Shown here: piece by piece, positions 1 through 10,519 of the stretch
Layout: every line of letters begins with the position of its first letter
Position numbering within the stretch: the stretch's first letter is position 1
Origin: a virus
Taxonomy: Duplodnaviria; Heunggongvirae; Uroviricota; Caudoviricetes; Crassvirales
DNA: 64,000 nucleotides
Strand: one strand, 5' to 3'
IMG/VR virus record: IMGVR_UViG_3300022894_000002
Coordinates: 36,490 to 100,489 of that record
The notes under the pieces: model-generated
The model's database searches: none
What the model was told of the DNA's origin: nothing
The model's input: the letters and a program-made list of their open reading frames with translations, nothing else
Made by a program: the position numbers and the translations under genes

Positions 1-1819
1 TTACTTGATGGAAATGATGTTAATTGTAATATTCCATCTGATTGTAATTCTGCTCTACCTGTTCCTTGTGAACGTATATTATTTGTTGTTGTTGATCCTT
101 CATCTGTTACTTGTTGTAGATTAGGAGTTGCTACGGTAGTTGAAGTTTCTACAAAATTACCATTAGCATCTACTCCTAATAAATAATCTGGAGTATTTAC
201 AAAAGTACCTATACCATATTTATCTAAAGTTAATTGCCCTTCAGAATTTATAGATAATTTTCTAGCCTGAATACCATTTTTTACAGTATATAAATTAAAA
301 CTAGATTTTCTTGTTAATAGTGCTGCTGTATCCCAAACAGCTTCTAATCTAACTGCTGAAGTTCCAGTAGGAGTTACTCCTACTTCAAATAAAGTATCAG
401 CCCACATATCTAAAGCTACTCCAATACCATCTCCTGCACTACCACTAGTACCTCTATGTAGTTTTAAAGCTGGTAATACAGTATTGGTACTAGAAGGCCC
501 TGTATAAAATCTACCTGGAATTCCATTTGTAGATTCACTATTTAAACCAAAACCACTTCCAGTATTAATTAGTTTTAATGTATCATTAGTACTATTATTT
601 TGAACTACTAAGTTAAAAGTACTATTATTAATAGTTGTATTTTCTATTAAAGTACCTCCAAGTTTAATATTACTGCTAGTTAAAGTTAATCCATTATTAG
701 CAGTTACAGAACTTCCACTTCCTCCCGAACTATTTATTATATATGGATCTTCAGTAGTACCACTTCCTGTAATTGTTACATTAGATCCAGCTTCTATACT
801 TTCTATTTTAGAATTTAATTCATCATTAAGATCTTCTATATCATCAATAATTAATTGTCTAAATGTTGGATATTCATTTCCTGTAATTGGTCCAGCAAAT
901 ACTAAATTAGCATTTTGTTTAATTTGTTTAAAAGAAACAATTGGTGTTGTATTTGGAGCCTGTACATTTGTTGTAAATAAAGGACTTAAATTACCTACTT
1001 GTAATGAACTTATACTTCCAGAATTTTCATTTGATGAATCTTCTTCTTTTGAATTACAATCATTATCACAATCTTCTATAATTGGTTTATTTTTTAGATT
1101 TAAACAAACTTGTTTAAGCCAAAATAAAATAGTTTCTAATTGATCATTTGTTATACAATTTAATTCTTCTTCAGTATACTCTTCACAATTTTCTTCTTTT
1201 AATAAAAGTTCAGCCCAGGTTATAGTTGGTGAAACATCACTACTTTCCCAAATTATTTCATAAGTATCTGGAATATCTCCATAAGTTGCAAATAATGGTT
1301 CTCCTGTATAATTAGGAGGATTAATTGTACCTGTTGTAGTATTTGTTAAAGTATAAAATAAATTAGGATTTATTGTATATAATACTTGAGTAGGATAATT
1401 ATAATCATCATCTTCCCATCCTACTAAAGGTAAATATAAATCTGGTTTAAAAAATGGTACTTGTGTAATACTTCCATAACCTAAATTTATAAAATAAGCT
1501 ACTAAATCTTCAGCTGTATAAGTATCTGAAATTAAATCTCCATTTTTATAAAATGAATATTCAGTAGTTTCATCTGAACCTTCAGGAAAATCTATTTGTG
1601 GTCCAAAAGTTCCTACTTGAGGTTGATTAATTATACAAGTATCTACTTTATAGCATTTAAGTATTTCTAAATAGCTCTTAAATTGTAAAAGTTTATTTAA
1701 TTTTTGTCCACAATCAGTTGAACCAATAGCAAGACTATTAATATAATCTGTAGCTAAAGAAGCAAAACAGCAACTATATTTAGAATAAAAATTATTTATT
1801 TCTTGCTGTATATATTCCA
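1..1819 (-). CDS. Tail fibre / structural protein, 5'-partial in window (C-terminus lies beyond the left edge)
   Basis: ATG at 1817-1819 on the minus strand. The frame stays open to the window edge, which is why it is missing from the ORF track. The translated N-terminus (MEYIQQEINNFYSKYSCCFASLATDYINS...) continues with S/T/N/G-rich beta-type sequence like the neighbouring fibre proteins. Confidence 0.6.
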
Positions 1820-1821
1820 TA

Positions 1822-2508
1822 TTAAGTTCGTTTAACAACTAAAGATACTAATCCCTTACCTCCAACTGTTGTTTTAGATGATTGAAAACTAATAGTTGTT
1901 GTTTCATCAGCATTTTCATATAAATATCCAATTCCTGATTGAGTTACTCTTATATTTAATGCTGTACTTAATGGTATTGTTAAAGTTGTAATTGTAGTAG
2001 CCATTAAATCATCTACTATAACTACTGAACCAGCATCTGTATTAGCTAAAGCTTTTGTAGTAGTAAAACTAGCTCTAATTATTTCACAATTAAATGGTAT
2101 ATTTACGTAATTAGAACATTGTTCTCCTGCTTCAAAACTTACTGGAACTATAATAACTTCATCTGCTCCAGTACTCATTAAATCATTTGGGTTAATCCAA
2201 TTAACTGATTTAGTATTAGGTTGTATATTCAAATCCCAACTTGTACCATTATAAACAGCTGTAATTGTAGATTCTCTATTTAATTGTGTAGTGCTTAAAT
2301 TAGTACCTAAAATATTAAAGTTAAAAGCTGCTTTATCTACTTCTGCTTTAAAATAAAAAACAAATTTATTACCTTCATAATAAGTACCTGTTGCACTAAT
2401 TGTATAATTAGCAGCTAAAGTTCCTGTTCCAAGTAATTGAAAAGTATTTAATCCTCCACTGTAAACAGTATATGTAGCTCCTGAAAAATTTATATTTATA
2501 TCTTGCAT
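1822..2508 (-). CDS. Phage structural (tail/fibre-associated) protein
   Basis: 228-aa T/S/N/G-rich ORF inside the minus-strand structural arm, tightly packed with its neighbours. Confidence 0.5.
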   Translation of the reverse strand: MQDININFSGATYTVYSGGLNTFQLLGTGTLAANYTISATGTYYEGNKFVFYFKAEVDKAAFNFNILGTNLSTTQLNRESTITAVYNGTSWDLNIQPNTKSVNWINPNDLMSTGADEVIIVPVSFEAGEQCSNYVNIPFNCEIIRASFTTTKALANTDAGSVVIVDDLMATTITTLTIPLSTALNIRVTQSGIGYLYENADETTTISFQSSKTTVGGKGLVSLVVKRT

Positions 2509-2509
2509 T

Positions 2510-3478
2510 TTAATTTATTAAAAATGTTATTTGTCCAATAAATGTTAGTAATTGATTAGTTCCTAAAAATACTGGTTGTATAGTAGCATAAGAAGTTATA
2601 ATATTACCTAATTGTAAATGTGTATTACCTGTTGATGAATTTGTAGTTATTATTGGTGATAATATTGCTGTATCATCTATAGATGAATTAAAAACACTTA
2701 TTGCATTAGCATAATTTGTAGAAAATGAAGTTTCTGAATTTGGTATTAACATTTCTATTCTATAAAATCCAGTACCTCCTTGACCAACTAAATTAATTCT
2801 AAAATTTACAGTCATTTGATTTCCTGATTTATAGTAATTAATCCAATTAGCAAATGAATTATCTATTGCTAATGATGGGCTACCTGATAATGTAGTCAAC
2901 AATGTATATTTTATATTCTGAGTACTAGTTCCAACTGAAATAGAAGTATCAGATGTTTCAGTTACTTCTAAAGCTTCTTCAACTGCTGTTTCAATAGCTG
3001 TAGTTAAATCAGGATTATCAGTAAATATTTCTATTGGAAATTCTAAATCATAAGTTGGAGAACAAGTTGTACCTCCTTGAGTAACTGTTACTTCATAAGA
3101 TTCAGAACCTTCTACTTGAGCTGTAATAGTTATATCTGGATCACATCCAGGATCTCCATCTTCTCCTTGAGCACCAGTGGCTCCAGTTGCACCTGTAGTT
3201 CCCGTACTTCCATCAGCAGGTTTTAAATCAGTAGCTTCACAAACATCTTCTGTAAAACCATCTTCTGTTAAGTAAATAGGATTAGCTAGTAACCAAGCAT
3301 CTGTCATTATATTCCCATCAAATTCAGGTTTAGTTGAAGTACCTCCAATCCAACTAATTAATTGATGAACTACTATATCTTCTTCATCACAAGTTGTTTC
3401 TATTAAAGCTAATACAGGACTCCAGCCATTGAAGCCATCTGAACCTGTATTTATTTCTATCTCACTGCAATCACACAT
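2510..3478 (-). CDS. Tail fibre protein with a short collagen-like Gly-X-Y repeat
   Basis: GSTGTTGATGATGAQGEDGDPG gives seven consecutive G-X-Y triplets. The rest is a T/S-rich beta-type sequence. Confidence 0.6.
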   Translation of the reverse strand: MCDCSEIEINTGSDGFNGWSPVLALIETTCDEEDIVVHQLISWIGGTSTKPEFDGNIMTDAWLLANPIYLTEDGFTEDVCEATDLKPADGSTGTTGATGATGAQGEDGDPGCDPDITITAQVEGSESYEVTVTQGGTTCSPTYDLEFPIEIFTDNPDLTTAIETAVEEALEVTETSDTSISVGTSTQNIKYTLLTTLSGSPSLAIDNSFANWINYYKSGNQMTVNFRINLVGQGGTGFYRIEMLIPNSETSFSTNYANAISVFNSSIDDTAILSPIITTNSSTGNTHLQLGNIITSYATIQPVFLGTNQLLTFIGQITFLIN

Positions 3479-3506
3479 TCTAATTTATTTTTATATTGTT
3501 AATATT

Positions 3507-4082
3507 TTAACTGCATCCACAATCATTATTATCTATAAAATCATTTAAAGAATCTATTAATGTTTGAGCTTGTACTAGGTTACCACATGTAGCAGCAGCT
3601 TCAGCAGCCATTAATAGCATTTCAAGTTCTTTAATTTTATCAGATAGTTCTTCTTTATCACTTGTACTACAATTATTTATTAATTGTAATCTAAGATTTT
3701 GAATTTCACATTCAATTTTACAAGCTACTATGATTTTTTTAGTCTTAGTATAAGTTCCTTCTGGAGTTATAACTGTATATAAAAATTCCCATATACCTGT
3801 ATTTAATTTATCTGCTTGTAAATAACCTAATTGAGTATTAAGAATATTAATACCTGAATTAGTACTATTTGGAAATACAGCTGTAGCAAGTAAATCTATT
3901 TCAGTTTCAGTTTCATCTGGATCAGTTATAGTTAATATAGCTGAAGTTGCTGAATTAGTTGTTGGATTTGGAGTTCCATAACCAGTTGTATTTGTTAAAG
4001 AATTATATAATCCAGTTAATTCAGTAAAAGTAAAATATTTACAGTTATTTTCACAAACATCTATTTTTAATTTTAAAGCCAT
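3507..4082 (-). CDS. Structural protein with a C-terminal coiled-coil (fibre-associated?)
   Basis: 191 aa. The C-terminal heptad-like segment is LRLQLINN...DKIKELEMLLMAAEAAA. Confidence 0.4.
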   Translation of the reverse strand: MALKLKIDVCENNCKYFTFTELTGLYNSLTNTTGYGTPNPTTNSATSAILTITDPDETETEIDLLATAVFPNSTNSGINILNTQLGYLQADKLNTGIWEFLYTVITPEGTYTKTKKIIVACKIECEIQNLRLQLINNCSTSDKEELSDKIKELEMLLMAAEAAATCGNLVQAQTLIDSLNDFIDNNDCGCS

Positions 4083-4180
4083 TTTGTTAATTATTAATTT
4101 ATCAAATGTTAATTAATAAAAAAGAGCTACAAGCTATATTGCAAGCTAATAGCTCTTTTCAAATTTTAATTGTTAATTAA

Positions 4181-5818
4181 TTATGCCCAAGCTGCAAAAG
4201 CTGGTTCAGAAGATAAAGTATCTAGTAACTTCCATAATCCATCAGTTGAATCTGAGAATTGTGTATTAGTACCTTCTACTCCTGCAATTATCAACTCTTG
4301 AGGGAATTGAGAATTGTTTACAATAGCATGTTTAGCAGTACTTCTAAAACTAATTGAAAATGTATTAAAGTTTAATCCATAAGCAATAGCATTTGAAATA
4401 TACTGAGTTGGAGGATTATAAGAAGTATATCTATTTCCTTGATTCATTTGAGAGAACCTTTCAAGTTCTTGAATCTGATAAGAAGTACCTTTGCCATCTA
4501 CAGCAGCAATTGAGTTAGTTACTGGACAAGTTACTGTTGAAAAATTCTCTCCAGGATTAAGAATAAACCTAACTTTTTCAAAACCTCTCATTACTTGAGG
4601 AATATATTGTTTAGGTTTACCAGTTACTTTAATACCCCACAATGAAGCTGGAGATCCAGTTAATGTTGCTACACCTGAATTTAAAGCAGCTGTAGTACCA
4701 TCAAAGAAATATTGAGTTTCACCTTGCCAAGCAATATCTAACAAGAAAGTTGCAGCAGCAGAAGTTGTTTCAGAAACTACATATTTAACAGGTACAGCAT
4801 CACCTACAGTTGTAGTTACTGTTACCTGAGTCCAGGTTGAATCATCATCAGTTGTTAGAACTAATGGCATACCAAACATTGCATAATCTTTAAATGTTAA
4901 TGTGATAACATCACCTGTTGAATCATAAGAAGCTACTGCTTGTGTACCTGCATTAATAGCAGCAGCAATTAAAGCTCCATTTTGATCAGCAGTTCCACCA
5001 TCAGCTACAAGATATAAAGTTGTTCCAATGTAAATAGCTACATGTCCAGCTCCAGTTCCTAACAATGTTACTGGGAATGTGAAAGTAGTTCCATCAGTTG
5101 ATGGAAAGTTAATTACATTACCAGCAGTTACAGTAGCTGTACTAGCAGTAAATGTTCCTGTTCCATCAGCAGTTACAGTATAAACTTCAACTACTCTAGA
5201 GCCTTTAGTAACTTTAGTTACTGTTGAAGAACCTGTTAAAGCAGCCACTGAAGTAGTAGTTGCAACTCTTTCAGCTTTATAAAATGGTTCACCCATTTTA
5301 GCAATATTATCTATCATATTTTTACATAATCCAGCAGCAATTGTAGTAGCTGTATCTGCATCTGTAGCATAATATGTAAATTCTTTTTTAATAGCCCTAT
5401 TACCAGATACATTGAAATCCAATACATCTATTGAACCATAAAAAGATTTAGTTAATCCTGTAGCTAAAGCAGCAGGTAATTGTAAACTTCCAGATCCAAC
5501 ATTACCTAAATAAGAAACTTGTTCTTTAGGAGCTACATGGTTTTTAAATGTTACAGTAGCTGTGCTAAAATCTATTACATCTGATTTAATCAGTGGTAAA
5601 GATGGTCCTTGACCTTGTACAATTACATATTTACCTGTTCCTACAGCTGGAGCTGGAGAAGTTGAGGCTGTTACTCTTAATCCTGAAGGATCTGTTAATA
5701 CAACAGCACCAACTGGTAAATTACTTGGAGAAACTTGTACTCCTACAGCAGGTAAAGCTGTTAAAGCTACATTATCACCCAGTAATAGAATTTTGATTTG
5801 ATTTTGACTTGCGATCAT
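4181..5818 (-). CDS. Large A/T/G-rich structural protein (tail/fibre or tubular protein)
   Basis: 545-aa ORF with low-complexity beta-rich sequence, located in the structural arm. Confidence 0.45.
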   Translation of the reverse strand: MIASQNQIKILLLGDNVALTALPAVGVQVSPSNLPVGAVVLTDPSGLRVTASTSPAPAVGTGKYVIVQGQGPSLPLIKSDVIDFSTATVTFKNHVAPKEQVSYLGNVGSGSLQLPAALATGLTKSFYGSIDVLDFNVSGNRAIKKEFTYYATDADTATTIAAGLCKNMIDNIAKMGEPFYKAERVATTTSVAALTGSSTVTKVTKGSRVVEVYTVTADGTGTFTASTATVTAGNVINFPSTDGTTFTFPVTLLGTGAGHVAIYIGTTLYLVADGGTADQNGALIAAAINAGTQAVASYDSTGDVITLTFKDYAMFGMPLVLTTDDDSTWTQVTVTTTVGDAVPVKYVVSETTSAAATFLLDIAWQGETQYFFDGTTAALNSGVATLTGSPASLWGIKVTGKPKQYIPQVMRGFEKVRFILNPGENFSTVTCPVTNSIAAVDGKGTSYQIQELERFSQMNQGNRYTSYNPPTQYISNAIAYGLNFNTFSISFRSTAKHAIVNNSQFPQELIIAGVEGTNTQFSDSTDGLWKLLDTLSSEPAFAAWA

Positions 5819-5853
5819 TTTTATTTTTGATGTTTAGTTAATAATTGATTGTT

Positions 5854-6567
5854 TTACTCGTTTAATATTGTTTGTTTTTTAATTTGAGCTAATTGATTCT
5901 CACCTATAGAATCTAAAATTATCTCTATTGTTTTTTCTAGTAATTCTCCATGTATTAAGTCTGATAATTCAGAAACCTGATTTGATAAATTATTTACTAA
6001 ATCTATTTCTTGTGGTTTTTTAATATATCTTAATTGATAAGTTAATACACTAAATGTTCCATCAGTTACTAATTCATGTTGATAATCACTATATCTTAAT
6101 CTAAATACACCATTATCATTCTTTGTAGAAGGTTTATTAAAAGGATCTACTGTCAATTTATTTAATTCAACATGAGTTACTTCTTTTACTGGTAATTTAA
6201 TATTCTTTTTATTACACTTTTTATTTATAGTTACTTCTTCATATACAGGTAACCAAAAAACATCTGTTGGATAATCATTTGGTAATTGTACAAATACACC
6301 ATTTGTAACATTTAGAGCTGCATTATAAGTTAATGGAGTTAATAATGTATTAGTTACTAATTCTCCTAAATCTGCTGTTCTTTTTTCTGTTTGTTCAAAT
6401 CCTTCAAATGTTAAGGGATTTCTACTGTTATATTTATTAAGTATTAATCTTTCCTGAGCTATAGATGCAAAAGCAGCTATTTCTTCAGGTTCAAATCCAG
6501 GAATAGCAAGACTTGCATTTTTATCAGCTTCTAGAGCAAATTTATTTAGAAAGTCCTGTCTGGTCAT
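5854..6567 (-). CDS. Hypothetical structural-module protein
   Basis: 237-aa ORF within the structural arm. Confidence 0.4.
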   Translation of the reverse strand: MTRQDFLNKFALEADKNASLAIPGFEPEEIAAFASIAQERLILNKYNSRNPLTFEGFEQTEKRTADLGELVTNTLLTPLTYNAALNVTNGVFVQLPNDYPTDVFWLPVYEEVTINKKCNKKNIKLPVKEVTHVELNKLTVDPFNKPSTKNDNGVFRLRYSDYQHELVTDGTFSVLTYQLRYIKKPQEIDLVNNLSNQVSELSDLIHGELLEKTIEIILDSIGENQLAQIKKQTILNE

Positions 6568-6569
6568 AT

Positions 6570-7400
6570 TTACTTAATATTATCTATTCTAGCTTGTACT
6601 ATAATCTTATCTTCTTGATTTTCAAGTTTATCAAAGTAAGAACAAACTTCTTTCATACTACCTAAAATCTTACCTGTATGAGCTAATTCATATTCATCTT
6701 TTCCTACTTTAGTAATAGCTTTTACAGTTAAAGCATCATTGATAAATATTTTTAAATCAAATAAAGGATCTTCTAAAATCTTTATAAATTGTTTAGGATT
6801 TTCTTCCATCAATTTATAAGTTTCATTTGTTAACCATTCTACAGTAGCATTTTTAGGTATATTATTTTTACCTGAAACTAATAATACATTTGTTAACTTT
6901 CTTGAGTTACCTTCTAATTTTGCAAATTCTAAAGTAGCTTTAACTTTGAAATTAACTTTAACTGCATTTTCAGCATCTACTTCTGATTGATCTACAATTT
7001 CAAATAATTGAGTAGGTCTTTCTGGTTCTCCAGGAGCTTTTACAATATTAGGATAACCTTTTAAAATAAGAAAATCTAAAAATTGAAGAGGATCTGTACA
7101 ATCAATAATCTTTTGATTTTTATTAATACTTACAGAATGTTTTGTAAAAATATTTTCTTTATCAAATACACTTAATTCTTCAGGTTTAATTCTGATTTCA
7201 GTTGCAAAAGCAATTTTTTCTTCTGGAGTCATAAAACCTAATGGATCTAAAATATATCCATTTTGACCTAATTTAGCTTGAAATGTTTTATTTGTATTAG
7301 TATAAGAATGTTCTCCATCATGACCTTTTTTTAGCCAAGATGACCTAGTACTAATGGGTTTTACAATTAACTTTTTTTCTCTTAATGTTTTATAATTCAT
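6570..7400 (-). CDS. Hypothetical structural-module protein
   Basis: 276-aa ORF. Its start abuts the downstream gene. Confidence 0.4.
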   Translation of the reverse strand: MNYKTLREKKLIVKPISTRSSWLKKGHDGEHSYTNTNKTFQAKLGQNGYILDPLGFMTPEEKIAFATEIRIKPEELSVFDKENIFTKHSVSINKNQKIIDCTDPLQFLDFLILKGYPNIVKAPGEPERPTQLFEIVDQSEVDAENAVKVNFKVKATLEFAKLEGNSRKLTNVLLVSGKNNIPKNATVEWLTNETYKLMEENPKQFIKILEDPLFDLKIFINDALTVKAITKVGKDEYELAHTGKILGSMKEVCSYFDKLENQEDKIIVQARIDNIK

Positions 7401-7478
7401 GTTTTTTGTTTATTTATATCTACAAATATACATATAATATTTGTAAAAACAAAATTTATTTTAAAATAATCCTTCAGC

Positions 7479-8996
7479 TTACGCTAAAACTGAAGGAATT
7501 ACTTGTAAGCATCTTGTTGGATTTTTGATCATTACACCAAAAATATCCATTCTATGATATTCATAACCATCTTTAGGAGTTACAATCATCTTAGGTTTTT
7601 TATTACCCAATGAATATGGATCTCTCATTCCTGGGATATAAGCCATAATCTCAGAGAAGTTTTCTGGTGCAGTTAAGCATACATTTGGTTCACCATTTTC
7701 AGTACCTAAATCTATGATGTCAAATCTATTAGATTCAGCTGAACCTTGATTACCTGGCATCATAATTTTATTCCTTACTAAATCATCATAAGATGGATCT
7801 ACTTCTACAGTAAGTTCTACACCATTTGGACCAATATATTCTAAGAACTGACCTCTTAAAGTTAAAGAGTTTCCAGAACCTTTAGTAATTCTTGTATTAT
7901 CTACTACTCTACTAATGTTATTAATATTAGTTGTAGTTACTCTTTCCCAACCATAAGCTTTTTCTTCCAAAGCTTTAGACCAGTTATACATACCCCATTC
8001 ACCAGTCCTCATAATAAACTTACGTTTATCCATTGCTAATTTATTAACTGATAAACCTAACATAAGGTCAGTTAACCAACCTACACTTAATTTATTGTAA
8101 TAAGCTACATTTGAAGGATCCATTTGTGCCCTCAAACCAGCACCTGTTTCAATGAAGTTTCCAGATTTACCCCTGTTTAAATGAGTACCTTGAGAAGTTC
8201 TTGAAGGTTGACCAAACATTAATGATCTATTTCTCAATAGACGGAAATTCCTTTCAAATTCCCAATCCTGGAATTGTGTCCAAGTATTATGTGTTTTACC
8301 ATCAGTTCCAATAAAACTAAATTGTAAAGGTCTGTCAATCATATTACCTACTCCATGCATTTCTCTCCTCATGTAAGTAAATGAGTTTTCCATTTCAAAT
8401 GGAGTTACATAAGTATCTTGACCACCTTTAGAACTCATAGTCCTTTCAACAGCATTACCTTCTTTAGAAAACCTTTTACCAGCAACTAATTCATCAACTG
8501 GAAACCAGGCATTAGAATCATTTGTTTTAAATTCTACTTCATATAGATAAGTATTACCACCTTCTACAATAGGTTCATCCATGATAGTAACAATATACTT
8601 TTCATTTTGTTCACCTACAATTTGTTCAGTATCAAAGAAATATCTTTCAGGAAATAACAAATAAAACCTTGAAGCGCCTAATCCAGGTTTTTCAGTAGAA
8701 CTAGCTGTTAGAGCTGAACCATTTTTTGATAGACGAGCTTCTAACAAAGGAATATTCTTTTCAGAAGGACCCATTAATTTCCAACGATATACATCATCAG
8801 TCTTAAAATATTTTACAGGAAACTGAGATAACCTTGTATGCAAGTCCATCATACCCATATCCATTGTATAGAGTTGAGTAATTAAGTCTGATGCTTTTTG
8901 AGGAGAATTTTCTAACAGGTAACCCATGTTAGCTTCTGTAACTAGACCTCCAAAGTTAGTAGGTTCTGATATTTGTAAATTTGATATTCTTAACAT
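7479..8996 (-). CDS. Putative major capsid protein
   Basis: 505 aa. It lies immediately downstream (minus direction) of the portal, a small protease-like protein and a scaffold-like protein, which is the canonical order. Size is typical of an HK97-fold major capsid protein. No motif-level proof. Confidence 0.5.
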   Translation of the reverse strand: MLRISNLQISEPTNFGGLVTEANMGYLLENSPQKASDLITQLYTMDMGMMDLHTRLSQFPVKYFKTDDVYRWKLMGPSEKNIPLLEARLSKNGSALTASSTEKPGLGASRFYLLFPERYFFDTEQIVGEQNEKYIVTIMDEPIVEGGNTYLYEVEFKTNDSNAWFPVDELVAGKRFSKEGNAVERTMSSKGGQDTYVTPFEMENSFTYMRREMHGVGNMIDRPLQFSFIGTDGKTHNTWTQFQDWEFERNFRLLRNRSLMFGQPSRTSQGTHLNRGKSGNFIETGAGLRAQMDPSNVAYYNKLSVGWLTDLMLGLSVNKLAMDKRKFIMRTGEWGMYNWSKALEEKAYGWERVTTTNINNISRVVDNTRITKGSGNSLTLRGQFLEYIGPNGVELTVEVDPSYDDLVRNKIMMPGNQGSAESNRFDIIDLGTENGEPNVCLTAPENFSEIMAYIPGMRDPYSLGNKKPKMIVTPKDGYEYHRMDIFGVMIKNPTRCLQVIPSVLA

Positions 8997-9024
8997 TTTA
9001 TTTTATTTAGTTGTTTTTAATTAT

Positions 9025-10125
9025 TTATACTGCGTTTAATATTGATTCTGATAAATTACTTATTTCTATTTTTCCTGGTTTTCCTGATGCTTTTCTTTCC
9101 ATTTCTTCCTGAGCTAATTTTTCAAGATCTTTAAGTGTTTTTGATTTAGTTGTTTTTACAATAAAATCAAAATTTGGTTTTTCATCAAAAGCTCCTTTCA
9201 TTAAAAGATAATTTAAAGTTTTTTCAAACTTAATTGGATCCTTACTTCTAACTTCTTCTACTTTGGAAATAGCTTCACCATTTTTATTAAATGAAACTGG
9301 CTTAGTCATTTGAGCATATAAATCTGCTTTTTCTTTATCATTTAATTTTAATCCTGGGATTATTTCAGCATTATCATAAATAGAATCTTTTAACTGTTTT
9401 AAAGTTTTTGCAAAATTTTCTTTTTCAATTCTTTCTTCTTCTTTAGCTTTAGCTAAAATATTTTTTTCATCTTCAGCATTAATTACTTTAAGTTCTGCTA
9501 AAAGTTCTTTAGATCTTTCAGGTACTTCTTCTAAATCCAATGCTTTTTGATATTCTTTTTCAATTCTAGCATCATTCCATTTAGTAGTAGCTTTTAATCC
9601 AGCTATAAAAATATCTTTAGCTAATTGTTCATTAGTATCAATATCTTCTTCTTTAACTGCATTTAACTTTGCTTCATTTGATTTAAGTTCTTTAATTGTT
9701 GTCCAATCTAAACCTAATTCATATTTTTCAAGCATACTTTGAAAATCTACAGGTAATGATTTTTTATAATCTTCAATACCTTCTAGCACTTCAAATCTAA
9801 TACCTTCAACAATGTCTTCTGGTTTTTCTATTACTTTATCAAAGTTAGTAAATAAACCTGTATCTTCTTTAATTAATGCTGCTAAACTTTGATAAAGTGT
9901 TGAAGGTTTTTCATCATCAGATTCTTCATCCTCTTCTTCTTTTCCATCATCTTCTTTATTTTTAGAAGATTCTTCTTCATCTTTTAGTTTAGCTTCTTTT
10001 TCAAGCTTTAATTTTTCTTCTTCTTTTAATTTTTCATCATTAAGATCTTCAAATGGAATTTTATTTCCATCTTTATCTAATGTAATTCCATCTAATTTAT
10101 CAAAAAAATCTAATTCTTCTGGCAT
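9025..10125 (-). CDS. Putative scaffolding protein (acidic, coiled-coil)
   Basis: Extremely E/K/D-rich sequence (EEEKLKLEKEAKLKDEEESSKNKEDDGKEEEDEESDDEK...) lying between the portal and capsid genes. Confidence 0.5.
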   Translation of the reverse strand: MPEELDFFDKLDGITLDKDGNKIPFEDLNDEKLKEEEKLKLEKEAKLKDEEESSKNKEDDGKEEEDEESDDEKPSTLYQSLAALIKEDTGLFTNFDKVIEKPEDIVEGIRFEVLEGIEDYKKSLPVDFQSMLEKYELGLDWTTIKELKSNEAKLNAVKEEDIDTNEQLAKDIFIAGLKATTKWNDARIEKEYQKALDLEEVPERSKELLAELKVINAEDEKNILAKAKEEERIEKENFAKTLKQLKDSIYDNAEIIPGLKLNDKEKADLYAQMTKPVSFNKNGEAISKVEEVRSKDPIKFEKTLNYLLMKGAFDEKPNFDFIVKTTKSKTLKDLEKLAQEEMERKASGKPGKIEISNLSESILNAV

Positions 10126-10213
10126 TTGTTAATTTATTAGTACAAAGATCATATAGTTTAATGACATTTGCAAGGTTTTTAATTTTATTTATTTATTCTG
10201 TATAGCTTAAATA

Positions 10214-10519
10214 CTATTTTTGGTATTTTACTGATTTAATTACTTGATGTAATCCATTTCCTATTAAGTCAACTAATTTTTCATTATTAGATAAATCTTC
10301 ATAACCTAATATTGTTAATAAAGCATGGGTTAGTTCATGTAAAAATGTTTGTTCTATAGTTTCATCTGTTATGTCATAAGTTTTAGTTCTTTGTTGTAAT
10401 ACTATTTTATTTTTTCCTGGTATCCACAAACCAACTGCTTTATGTGTTTTATGTAAAGTCCTTCTATATTCAACTGTTATAGTTTGTCCGAATAATTCAA
10501 AGCTAGTTGGTATATTCAT
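10214..10519 (-). CDS. Small zinc-metallopeptidase-like protein (HExxH)
   Basis: HELTHALL contains an HEXXH motif. The 101-aa ORF sits between the portal and the scaffold. Confidence 0.4.
   Translation of the reverse strand: MNIPTSFELFGQTITVEYRRTLHKTHKAVGLWIPGKNKIVLQQRTKTYDITDETIEQTFLHELTHALLTILGYEDLSNNEKLVDLIGNGLHQVIKSVKYQK

Noticed and set aside
5593-5796. Short ORFs antisense to or inside larger genes: 5593..5796, 11606..11809, 14397..14594, 18789..18971, 30001..30246, 35188..35376, 38688..38903, 39732..39920, 49433..49666, 51737..51931, 59844..60029, and also 23118..23300, 39349..39558 and 48141..48326.
   Set aside because: They lie fully within, or heavily overlap, much longer and better-supported ORFs on the other strand or frame. 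Their products are low-complexity L/I/F/K strings typical of shadow ORFs in AT-rich DNA.
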